Assembly (NCBI GenBank): GCA_026625185.1
Contig: CP113000.1
Location: 1,455,622-1,487,621 of the forward strand
Length of the DNA stretch: 32,000 nucleotides
Direction: 5' to 3'
DNA from: Thermodesulfobacteriota bacterium
GTDB taxonomy: Bacteria > Desulfobacterota > WTBG01 > JAGOGO01
The translations under genes and the position numbers were made by a program. The notes beneath the pieces are model-generated. The model was not told the DNA's origin. It was given only the letters and a program-made list of their open reading frames with translations, and did not search any database. Below, one piece after another: positions 7,636-15,840 of this stretch. How positions within the stretch are numbered: the stretch's first letter is position 1; each line of letters opens with the position of its first letter.

Positions 7636-9314
7636 TGCCTTAACTCCTTTTCAACCTTTTTTTCTAAAAGGATAAAACTTCGATGCCCGATTTTGTTTTT
7701 CTCAACCATCTGGATGTTTGCCGGAATCAAAGTTTTTTCCTTTAACCTGATAAAACTGTTTTCCCCCAATAAAATGAGTCCAACCGATGGGGAATTAAAA
7801 GCCAGCATTAATTCCTCGTTGGTTTTAAGTTCTTCAATTTTATTTAATCCGGTGTAAAAGTTGAACGGTGCAAGCTTAAGCCCATAAGCAACGATTTCTT
7901 TATCTTTAGGCAAATGGCGAATAATGCTTTGACACATAGGTTTGGCTGACTTTAAAGGGTTAACGCCGGGTAAGACAACTTCGATCGCCCCCAAAAAACC
8001 AACCACCATAATAAGTACTATGGTCAAAAAACTCGCGGTTACCTTATTTTTGCGAATAAAAAAAAGTATCAGATATCCTCCCGCCAGGAAAAGCACCATA
8101 AAAATAATTAGGTGAGGAAAAAATCGAAGCAGTCCTGATACCGGAGTTTTAATAAAAGGGAATATACAAACCCCTATTCCTCCAAGAATAAAAATTCCTC
8201 CCAGAACATAAAAAGGAAATAGTAAAAGTTTTGAAACCATACCTTCCCGCTCCGGGGAAGAGATAAAAGAGCTTATAAAACCTCCGAGGAGCAAAGAAGC
8301 GGCCGGATAGAGCGGAAGAAGATAAAGTTCCCGTTTGCTGGTTGAGAGGCTAAAAAAAATAAAAATTGTTAAAAACCAGCACAGAGGGAAGTAGAAATTT
8401 AACCGATGCTCTCTCTGGTCTTTTGAAAATCCCCATAAAAGCGCCCCGGGTAACAAAACTATCCAGGGAATAAACCCCGCGGGGAACACCTCGAGATAAT
8501 AATAGAAAGGCTGTTGGTGTGTCCAGGTATCAGCGAACCGCTCAATATTTTGTCGGAAAAGTATTTTCTGAGTATACGCCTCTCCTCCTTGAACACACGC
8601 CGGTATAAGCCATGCTGAGATTATGAGGATAAAAATCACGAGACCCCACGGAATTTCAAGTTTTTTAAAATGCCTGAAGTTTTTGATTGCCGTTAAATAA
8701 ACTACCATCGTTAAAAATGGCAGCAGAAAACCTACCGGCCCCTTAGTCAAAACCCCTATCCCCATAACAACGTATGGTATAAGATAAAAAGACCGGGATC
8801 TTTTTTCTTCCTGCAATCCCAAAAGGAAAAAAGTAATAGTTAGCGTTACCCAAAAGCATAAAGCCATATCAATATTGGCCCGTCTGCCCAGCCAAAAAAA
8901 TTCAACACTCGTCAACAGCCCCAGGGCGGCAAAAAAACCTGCTTTCTGATCAAAGAGACGTTTTCCGATAAAAAACGTAAGCATAATACAACCCAGGGCC
9001 GCAAGCGCAGAAGGCAGCCGGGCGCTAATTTCATCCACCCCTCCCGTCAGAAAAGAAAAAGAAGCGATCAGCCAGAAGAATAAAGGTGGCTTTTCCGAAT
9101 AAATTTCACTATTGAGGTGAGGCAAAGTCCAGTCTCCGGTTGCGCGCATTTCCTGTGCCACCTGAGCGTATCGGGGTTCATCCGGGTTCCAGAGGTCCCA
9201 ACCATTGAGGTTAAGAAAAAAGATTAACGAAGCCACAATAATAAGAAATACCACATTACCTCTCGAAGAGCTTAAAAAAAACTGGGCAGCCTTCCCGGCC
9301 GTCTCCTTACCCAT
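7632..9314 (-). CDS. GT39-family (ArnT/PMT-like) polyprenyl-phosphate-dependent integral membrane glycosyltransferase
   Basis: 560 aa and highly hydrophobic, with many predicted TM segments. N-terminal loop motif [14 protein letters not shown] is typical of ArnT/PMT enzymes. Overlaps the upstream GT2 gene by 8 nt. Confidence 0.85.
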   Translation of the reverse strand: MGKETAGKAAQFFLSSSRGNVVFLIIVASLIFFLNLNGWDLWNPDEPRYAQVAQEMRATGDWTLPHLNSEIYSEKPPLFFWLIASFSFLTGGVDEISARLPSALAALGCIMLTFFIGKRLFDQKAGFFAALGLLTSVEFFWLGRRANIDMALCFWVTLTITFFLLGLQEEKRSRSFYLIPYVVMGIGVLTKGPVGFLLPFLTMVVYLTAIKNFRHFKKLEIPWGLVIFILIISAWLIPACVQGGEAYTQKILFRQNIERFADTWTHQQPFYYYLEVFPAGFIPWIVLLPGALLWGFSKDQREHRLNFYFPLCWFLTIFIFFSLSTSKRELYLLPLYPAASLLLGGFISSFISSPEREGMVSKLLLFPFYVLGGIFILGGIGVCIFPFIKTPVSGLLRFFPHLIIFMVLFLAGGYLILFFIRKNKVTASFLTIVLIMVVGFLGAIEVVLPGVNPLKSAKPMCQSIIRHLPKDKEIVAYGLKLAPFNFYTGLNKIEELKTNEELMLAFNSPSVGLILLGENSFIRLKEKTLIPANIQMVEKNKIGHRSFILLEKKVEKELRQ

Positions 9315-10044
9315 TCACGATCTCCTTTACCTCATAACTAAGGTGGCGCTTTTTCATCCACCGGACAGCCAAGAGGTCAATAAGCCCGCGAAAAGCCCGA
9401 TTGCCGATTCCATATTTTGCTTCACCGAACCTTCGGGGGCGGTGATTCACCTTAACCTCAGTCACTGAACATCCTTCAATTTTCATCAAGGTGGGGAAAA
9501 AGCGGTGCATTCCTTTAAAATAATAAAAATTCCGGAGACACTCCCGCCGAAAAGCCTTAAGCGAACAGCCAACATCTTTGATCTGTTCATCACTCAGCCA
9601 GTTTCTAATTTTGTTGGCAATCCGGGAAGAAATTTTTCTTACCAAAGAATCTTGCCGATGAACGCGCCAGCCACAGACCATATCATAGGAGGTGATTTTA
9701 TCGAGCAACAAGGGAATGTCATGCGGATCATTTTGAAGGTCAGCATCCATGGTCACCACAATCTCACCACGCGCGGAGCGAAACCCGGCGGCAAACGCCG
9801 CCGACTGGCCGAAATTTTTTTGAAAAAAAATGATTCTTACTCGTCCATCCTGAAGAGCGAACCCTCTCAAAATCGCTCCACTTCGGTCTTTGCTTCCATC
9901 ATCAATAAAAATGATTTCAAAAGAAACCGAGAGTTTTTCCAGTACCTCCGTAAGCTCCCTAAAAAGTTCAGGCAGGTTTCCTTCTTCATTGTAAACGGGA
10001 ATCACAACCGAAATTCTGGGAGTTTCCATCCTTTTTATTTCCAC
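9307..10044 (-). CDS. GT2-family polyprenyl-phosphate glycosyltransferase (ArnC/DPM1-like)
   Basis: ISVVIPVYNEEGNL, FIDDGSKD and TMDADLQNDP motifs. The track start is GTG 10044. An alternative ATG at 10029 would give METPRISVV.... Confidence 0.85.
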   Translation of the reverse strand: MEIKRMETPRISVVIPVYNEEGNLPELFRELTEVLEKLSVSFEIIFIDDGSKDRSGAILRGFALQDGRVRIIFFQKNFGQSAAFAAGFRSARGEIVVTMDADLQNDPHDIPLLLDKITSYDMVCGWRVHRQDSLVRKISSRIANKIRNWLSDEQIKDVGCSLKAFRRECLRNFYYFKGMHRFFPTLMKIEGCSVTEVKVNHRPRRFGEAKYGIGNRAFRGLIDLLAVRWMKKRHLSYEVKEIVNG

Positions 10045-10223
10045 TTTCTGATAATTGGTTATATAAAAAACTAAAGATGTTCATAACCCGACTAAGATTA
10101 ACTCCTGGTTAATTAAGGATTAATTTTTTTTAATAACTACCCAGAATATGACAATAAATTATAAAAATCTTTCCTAAAACTCGGTTGCTATTATAGGCAC
10201 TAAACCTCCGAAAAAGTCAATGC

Positions 10224-10255
10224 AAAAAAAGAACCCCGCCTTTTCCGGAGGGGTT
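10224..10255 (-). terminator. rho-independent terminator after the VOC-family gene
   Basis: Hairpin aaccccgcc / ggaggggtt (10232-10255, one mismatch, 6-nt loop). On the minus strand it is followed by T7 (complement of A-run 10224-10230). On the + strand it is also followed by TTTTT. Confidence 0.7.
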
Positions 10256-10277
10256 TTTATATGGAGTTTAGAATTCA

Positions 10278-10847
10278 TCACTTCTGGGACGAATACTTTC
10301 CATCAATCACTTCCCAGAGGGCGCCATGCATTCTTTTGGGATGAATAAAAGCATAGTTTCGGCCTTTATCCGGCCAGAACCGTACTTCCTTTCCTGTCCC
10401 GGACAACTTCTCCGGCACCAGTGCGCCACCATTAGCTTTAATCTTCGGTCCTTCTTGGTTGACATCATCCACATTGATGGAAATAAGCTGTACTCCCTCA
10501 CGCCCATTATTGACTTTGCTGATCCAGTAGCCAACATCCGCCATTTTGCCTTCGGGTTTGGGGTCTTTTCTCGGTACCCATTTGGTCGCATTTCCCATTC
10601 CGCTGATCACAACTTTGCCGCTTATGTCCTGAAGTTCATACCAGCCACCGGAATACTCATCTTCCATTACTTCAACCATGGTGGGGCCAACCTTGAAACA
10701 GGAAACATTGATGTGGGAATCCGGATCAAAATATCGTTCCACCACTTCCCAGCCAAAGATTTGCATATAATCTTGTTCCGCTTTCAGCACATCCAAACAG
10801 GCAATACTAATGTGGTCAATAAAATTAGCATTAACTTTTTCCGGCAT
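10278..10847 (-). CDS. VOC-superfamily (glyoxalase / methylmalonyl-CoA epimerase-like) protein with a central insertion
   Basis: N-terminal FIDHISIACLDVLKAEQDYMQIFGWEV and C-terminal FIHPKRMHGALWEV resemble VOC beta-alpha-beta-beta-beta modules. Strong AAGGAGG RBS. 189 aa is longer than a minimal epimerase. Confidence 0.65.
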   Translation of the reverse strand: MPEKVNANFIDHISIACLDVLKAEQDYMQIFGWEVVERYFDPDSHINVSCFKVGPTMVEVMEDEYSGGWYELQDISGKVVISGMGNATKWVPRKDPKPEGKMADVGYWISKVNNGREGVQLISINVDDVNQEGPKIKANGGALVPEKLSGTGKEVRFWPDKGRNYAFIHPKRMHGALWEVIDGKYSSQK

Positions 10848-11065
10848 TGCTAACCTCCTTTTTTATATTTTTGTATTGACCAGCTTTAAAGGTGCGGTGC
10901 TGCGGGAGGCCAACCTCTTCCATGCTTTTAACTTAGAACCTCACGACCTTGCCCAGGCTAAAACCCTTTATCACGCCAAGCTCGTTGAACCCATCCTGCA
11001 GGAAATACAAGAAAGGTATTCTCATCTGCTCAATAAACCGTAAGCTCAAAGGGATAGTCGTGAAA

Positions 11066-11551
11066 TCACCAGCGGCATCGTTGAATCTTTTTTATATAGT
11101 CACTGCTGGAATGGCCCTTGGGATCGCCTACAATGGCAATGCGGGCGTTCAGGGATAACGCGGTCTCGCGTTCCGGAACGTTTTCCGCGGTATAATCAGT
11201 TCCTTTAGCAAATACGTGGGGTCGGATTTTTCTTAGAATTTCATCAACGGTTGGCTCAGAAAAAAGGGTGAGGTAGTCAACATACACCAGAGCGGATAAA
11301 ATCTCGAGACGTTCATTTTCCGGCATGAGGGGCCGTCCTTCCTTTTTTGTTTTTCTCACTGATTCATCACTGTTTACTCCAACGACGAGTATATCTCCCT
11401 CTTTCTTAGCTCCTCGCAGACACCGTATATGGCCAACATGGATAAGATCAAAGCACCCATTGGTGAACACTATCTTTTGGCCTTCTTCCCGATGCTCATC
11501 AAGGACCGTTAAAAGCTTCTGGTGATCAAGAATAATCTTCGTTTTATTCAT
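11066..11551 (-). CDS. hldC: D-glycero-beta-D-manno-heptose 1-phosphate adenylyltransferase (RfaE domain II type)
   Basis: Cytidylyltransferase-fold motif FTNGCFDLIHVGHIRCL. 161 aa. Overlaps the upstream kinase gene by 8 nt. Confidence 0.85.
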   Translation of the reverse strand: MNKTKIILDHQKLLTVLDEHREEGQKIVFTNGCFDLIHVGHIRCLRGAKKEGDILVVGVNSDESVRKTKKEGRPLMPENERLEILSALVYVDYLTLFSEPTVDEILRKIRPHVFAKGTDYTAENVPERETALSLNARIAIVGDPKGHSSSDYIKKIQRCRW

Positions 11552-12629
11552 GGTATTTTTTCGCTGCCTCCAGTAGTTCTTCCCGGGTTAGCACCGCAGT
11601 ACCACTCTTCATCACCACAACCCCCGCGGCACAATTAGCCAAAAAAGCAGCATCATAAAATCCGGCTCTTGCGGCTAAGGAAAGGGTAAAAACAGCCGCC
11701 ACGGTGTCACCCGCGCCGGTTACATCCGTGATATCATCATGCCCCGATATGGGAAGATGGAATATTTTTGCAGGCTTTTCAAGAAGGGTCATCCCTCGAT
11801 TTCCACGGGTAATGAGCACTGCTTGCAATTTCAACTTTTCCATCAACACCTTTGCTGCCCGTTCGACATTGTGATCCTCAAACAACCTCATCCTGATTGC
11901 TTTTTCGGCCTCCGATTCATTCGGGGTAACTGCCGTAACTCCACGAAACCGCATTAATTGATACCGAGAGTCCACGACCACCATCTTCTGCTTAGCCAAC
12001 GTCTGGATTAAGGAGATAATCCGATCTGACACTACACCGTATCCATAGTCGGAAACCACAATCGCGTCCACCTCATTGGCTATTCGTTTGAACTGAGAAT
12101 AGATTTTCTCCAGCAGTCGAGCGGGAATTGGTTCCTGGTTAACCTTATCGATTCTGATGACTTGCTGTTTGGAGGTGTGGTCATCCCCGGCCATGATCCT
12201 GGTTTTGGAAATCGTATTAACAATATGGGAAAGAAGAAGACCGTCGACATTCACTCCCTTCTTCATAAATTGGTTAAGGATACTATTGCCTACCTCATCA
12301 TTGCCTAAAATTCCCACTGCGTAGACCTTGCAGCCAAGGCTCGCTAAGTTATGAGCGGCATTGCCCGCCCCACCAGGAACAACGTTTTCCCATTCATGAC
12401 GAATAACGACTACCGGAGCCTCACGCGAAAGTTTAAACGGCTTCCCATACACATACACGTCAGAAATGTAATCGCCCAGTACCATTATTTTCGACTGAGG
12501 GAATTTACCGATAATCCCCTCGAAGTATTTTCCTTTTTTCAACGGTTTTTCTTTTTTTTGCCATGAGGGCTTCACCCTTTGAATTTTATTTTTATCGCGA
12601 GACTTTTCTTTTTTTTCTTGATAGATCAT
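11544..12629 (-). CDS. hldA: D-glycero-beta-D-manno-heptose 7-phosphate kinase (RfaE domain I type, PfkB family) with a Lys-rich N-terminal extension
   Basis: SREAPVVV, GGAGNAAHNLASLG and the PfkB C-terminal GAGDTVAA motif. The start lies 2 nt after the waaF stop. Confidence 0.85.
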   Translation of the reverse strand: MIYQEKKEKSRDKNKIQRVKPSWQKKEKPLKKGKYFEGIIGKFPQSKIMVLGDYISDVYVYGKPFKLSREAPVVVIRHEWENVVPGGAGNAAHNLASLGCKVYAVGILGNDEVGNSILNQFMKKGVNVDGLLLSHIVNTISKTRIMAGDDHTSKQQVIRIDKVNQEPIPARLLEKIYSQFKRIANEVDAIVVSDYGYGVVSDRIISLIQTLAKQKMVVVDSRYQLMRFRGVTAVTPNESEAEKAIRMRLFEDHNVERAAKVLMEKLKLQAVLITRGNRGMTLLEKPAKIFHLPISGHDDITDVTGAGDTVAAVFTLSLAARAGFYDAAFLANCAAGVVVMKSGTAVLTREELLEAAKKYHE

Positions 12630-12631
12630 GG

Positions 12632-13714
12632 TTATTCCCTTTTTATAGACAGAAATTCTTCACAGGCCTTAAGCACGTTGTCCGCTGAGATATTCCTCAT
12701 GCAACGATGGTCTGAAGAACACACCTTAAGGTGGCACGGACTGCACTCCAGCTCTTCTCTTAATATTCGCGTTTTCTCCAGACCATAATTGGAATATCGG
12801 GGATCAGTAGGCCCTATAATGACCACTACCGGAATGTTAAGTGCAACGGCAAAGTGCCGGGGACCGGTATCATTTGTTACCACTAAAGCAGAATCCCCGA
12901 TTATAGCCTTGAGATATTCCAGGGAGATAATCTCTCTCTCGAAAGTGAAGGGGCGATGTCGCATTAATGATTTAATTCGATAAGCGATTTCCTGTTCACG
13001 AGGACCGGTGATAATCAATATTTGAGCGTCGTGTTTTTCTGTTAAGTAATCTCCTAACTGGGCAAAATATTCCGGTGGCCAGCACTTGGATTCGCCAAAA
13101 CTCGCTCCGGGAATAAAGGTGACCAGGGGCTTATTCCGATTAATTTCTCTTTGGTGATAAAGCTTATTTACGGCTTCCCGTGTATTAGAAGAAAAAGAAA
13201 GTATGGTCTTGTGAGAAGAGATCTTATAATGCAGCTCTTCACAAATCATTAAGTAACGATCTACCATAGAGATAGGGAGTTTTTTACCTTGGTCAGCAGG
13301 AGGAGGTATTGTGTGGGTCAACATAAAACCACGCGCGTTAGTATTAAAGCCAATCCGCGCGGGAATCCCGGCTAAAAAAGATACTGCTGCTGAACTAAAA
13401 GAATTAGGAAGGATTAAGGCAAGGCTGAATCGGGATTTTTTTAGCTTCCGGCTTAAAAAAAACTTCTTTTTCCATTTCCGGTGCAATGATTTTGAGTCGT
13501 AGTCAATGATTTCATCATAGTAAGGAAGCCCTTCGATAACCTCGCGAACTTGAGGGCGCACCAGCAACGCTATATGAGCGGCCGGATTGTTTTCCCGGAT
13601 TGCCCGTAAAGCGGGTGTGGCCATAACCAAGTCACCGACCCAGCTCGGACAATGCACCAAAATTTTTTCTGAGCCTTCATGTGTCATAACGTAAAGCGTA
13701 CAGTAAATAAACAA
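12632..13714 (-). CDS. waaF: ADP-heptose:LPS heptosyltransferase (GT9), WaaF-like
   Basis: PSWVGDLVMATPALRAI and LPNSFSSAAVSFLAGIPARIGF match the WaaF-type signature as I recall it. TTG start at 13714-13712, or alternatively ATG at 13687-13685 (M10). Confidence 0.75.
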   Translation of the reverse strand: MFIYCTLYVMTHEGSEKILVHCPSWVGDLVMATPALRAIRENNPAAHIALLVRPQVREVIEGLPYYDEIIDYDSKSLHRKWKKKFFLSRKLKKSRFSLALILPNSFSSAAVSFLAGIPARIGFNTNARGFMLTHTIPPPADQGKKLPISMVDRYLMICEELHYKISSHKTILSFSSNTREAVNKLYHQREINRNKPLVTFIPGASFGESKCWPPEYFAQLGDYLTEKHDAQILIITGPREQEIAYRIKSLMRHRPFTFEREIISLEYLKAIIGDSALVVTNDTGPRHFAVALNIPVVVIIGPTDPRYSNYGLEKTRILREELECSPCHLKVCSSDHRCMRNISADNVLKACEEFLSIKRE

Positions 13715-13729
13715 GTTAGTCAGGGGTCA

Positions 13730-13838
13730 GGAGACAGAAGAAAGAAGTCAGAACACAGAATAATGAGGAGAGGGGAACCCACCGGTTTTTTTCGGTGAGA
13801 ATTTCATTCTGAATTCTGTCTTCTGTCTCATTTTTTTT
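13730..13838. repeat. long imperfect palindrome built from cagaa/gtcagaa-like words, with a central hairpin and a T8 run
   Basis: Outer perfect 11-bp arms gagacagaaga (13731-13741) / tcttctgtctc (13819-13829). Inner arms are partly complementary. Central hairpin caccg-gttttttt-cggtg (13780-13797). T8 at 13831-13838. Confidence 0.5.
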
Positions 13839-13843
13839 GTCTC

Positions 13844-15379
13844 CTATTCCGCGATCCTGTTTTTCCCCTCATCCAGGAAATAGTCGCTCCTGACCCCCAT
13901 AAAAGGGTTATATTTAATAGCAAAATGAAGCATACCAGCGTTAACCATCCGGTCGGAAATTTTTTGATCGCGTTGGATCATCGTCTCTTTTATTTCGTTC
14001 CAGCGTTCAAAAGAAAGCCCTTCAACCTCTTGGACCAATTCATCATAAAGGGATGCGCAAGGCCATTCAGTATATCGGTTAACATACCACGGAAAGACCT
14101 TTTGCAGCTTATCTACCCGGAGATTTAATTCCGGACCGAGGTCTAAACAGGATTCTTCAAAAAAATTATCCACCTGCGATATTTTCGTATCATTGATAAA
14201 ACCACCCTGCTTGGCAATCAGGTAAGCATCAGTATTAACATAGGGAAAGAAGATAGACCAGCGAAACCGACCGGGTTTAATCCGGGCCAGAAGTTTTATG
14301 GTCATCACCATATCTTCTTTGGTCTCATAAGGAAATCCAAACATCACAAACGCCGAGGTATGAAGACCAGCCTGATGAGCCGCGTCAAAACTATTGACAA
14401 TATCTCGATTAGTCATCTTACGGTTAAGGATCTCCAGCCTGACTCGCTCACTCCCGCTTTCCAGACCAAACTTTACAATAATACAACCGGCTTCCTTTAG
14501 GGCGATAGCTTTCTCCAGATCAAAGTTTTTAACGTGGCCGTTGACCACAAAGGGAAGACCGATCTCCTGCTGGTATTGGGCGCAAAACTCAAGAAGATAG
14601 GGATTATTAAGGGTAAAGATGTCGTCGTCAAAAATAAAAGTTTTTATATTCCGATACCTATCGAGCAGGTATTTAAGTTCTTTTATCACCTCGGCAGTGG
14701 AGTGATAACGGATATAGTGGAGACGACCTTCGCTTACCCCTAAATCTTTTTTGTAAAGGTTAACCACCTGATGGTTAAAACAATAGGTACACCGGTAAGG
14801 GCATCCCCGCGAGGCCATCACTCCAACCCATCCGCCTTTAGCGTCAATCATTTTTTGAAAATCAAAGACTTCATAATCTTTAGGAGGAAGCGCCGCCAGG
14901 TCAAAAAAAGGAGCAACCTTATTTTTGACAATTTTTCCGTTAACCTTAACCCAGAGGTTGGGTATGTTTGAGCAATCTTTTCCTTTTTCTAATCTATCCG
15001 CAAGCTCGCGCAGGGCGTTTTCCCCTTCCCCCACACACAGAAAGTCAAAGGCCCCTGATGCCATCACTCCTTGAGGGTCGGCAGTAGCGTGGATACCTCC
15101 TCCTACGACCGGAACAGCAAACTCCTTTTTTATAGCCGAGGCAATCTCAAGGCAATAGTGATACTGATTGGTGACCATGGAGATGCCAATGAGCTGAGGA
15201 TCAAATAATACAATATCCTTTTTGATCCTTGACAAATCCAGGGGATATCCAAGCTTTTCATTGATATTGAGAAGCTTAGTCTTATGTCCGTGGGATTTTA
15301 AAATTCCGGAAAGAAAGGCCACCCCATAATTAAATCCGATTTGGGCATTGAGGTTGGGATAAATAAAAAGAATTCGCAT
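13844..15379 (-). CDS. B12-binding-domain radical SAM enzyme (class B type), substrate unknown
   Basis: N-terminal Rossmann-like B12-binding region (MRILFIYPNLN...GISMVT...VVGGGIHAT). Radical SAM cluster motif SRGCPYRCTYCFN. 511 aa. Confidence 0.9.
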   Translation of the reverse strand: MRILFIYPNLNAQIGFNYGVAFLSGILKSHGHKTKLLNINEKLGYPLDLSRIKKDIVLFDPQLIGISMVTNQYHYCLEIASAIKKEFAVPVVGGGIHATADPQGVMASGAFDFLCVGEGENALRELADRLEKGKDCSNIPNLWVKVNGKIVKNKVAPFFDLAALPPKDYEVFDFQKMIDAKGGWVGVMASRGCPYRCTYCFNHQVVNLYKKDLGVSEGRLHYIRYHSTAEVIKELKYLLDRYRNIKTFIFDDDIFTLNNPYLLEFCAQYQQEIGLPFVVNGHVKNFDLEKAIALKEAGCIIVKFGLESGSERVRLEILNRKMTNRDIVNSFDAAHQAGLHTSAFVMFGFPYETKEDMVMTIKLLARIKPGRFRWSIFFPYVNTDAYLIAKQGGFINDTKISQVDNFFEESCLDLGPELNLRVDKLQKVFPWYVNRYTEWPCASLYDELVQEVEGLSFERWNEIKETMIQRDQKISDRMVNAGMLHFAIKYNPFMGVRSDYFLDEGKNRIAE

Positions 15380-15420
15380 TTGCTCTTTTCACTATAGTAT
15401 AATGCTTGAAATTAATAATC

Positions 15421-15514
15421 GTTTTTTCATTTACCCCGTTAAAAATACCCTGCTTGCCATGTTAGCTATCAAATATCTAACATCTTTCTAACGGGGTTTC
15501 CGTTAATGAAAAAC
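15421..15514. repeat. nested palindromic intergenic element, copy 2
   Basis: Outer arms gttttttcat (15421-15430) / atgaaaaac (15506-15514). Inner arms accccgtta (15433-15441) / taacggggt (15489-15497). The central hairpin gttagctatcaaatatctaac (15461-15481) differs from copy 1 at 2 of 21 positions. Confidence 0.6.
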
Positions 15515-15616
15515 CTTTAATCTTTTGCAAGCCATTAATCTTTCTTACCTTAAATACAAAAATATATTATTATAACTTAATTGATAAGAAATCAACCATA
15601 GAAAAAAAGGATTTCC

Positions 15617-15645
15617 TTGACGGGGTTGAAAATATTGGCTAAAAA
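15617..15645 (+). promoter_or_regulatory. candidate sigma70-type promoter for rnc-der
   Basis: TTGACG (15617-15622), 17-nt spacer, TAAAAA (15640-15645). It would give a leader of about 190 nt before rnc. Hexamer match only. Confidence 0.3.
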
Positions 15646-15840
15646 AACATTATTAATGAAGAAACCTGCGGTAAGACCGCAGGGTATCAAATTTGAAATT
15701 AGAAAATATACCGACATTCGTCATTCGAAAGCAGGAATCCGGAGAAAAAGCCTGTGTTACGCATCAAGTGCGGAATGACACCCGGTAGCAAGACTTCATG
15801 GAATTATCAAGTTAATTTGTTAAATTAAAAAAGGCAGCGC

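Noticed and set aside
9505-10853. 189-aa (9505-10074) and 175-aa (10326-10853) plus-strand ORFs, and the 94-aa ORF at 10307-10591
   Set aside because: They are shadow frames of the GT2 and VOC genes. The opposite-strand products carry recognisable family motifs and RBSs, and these do not.
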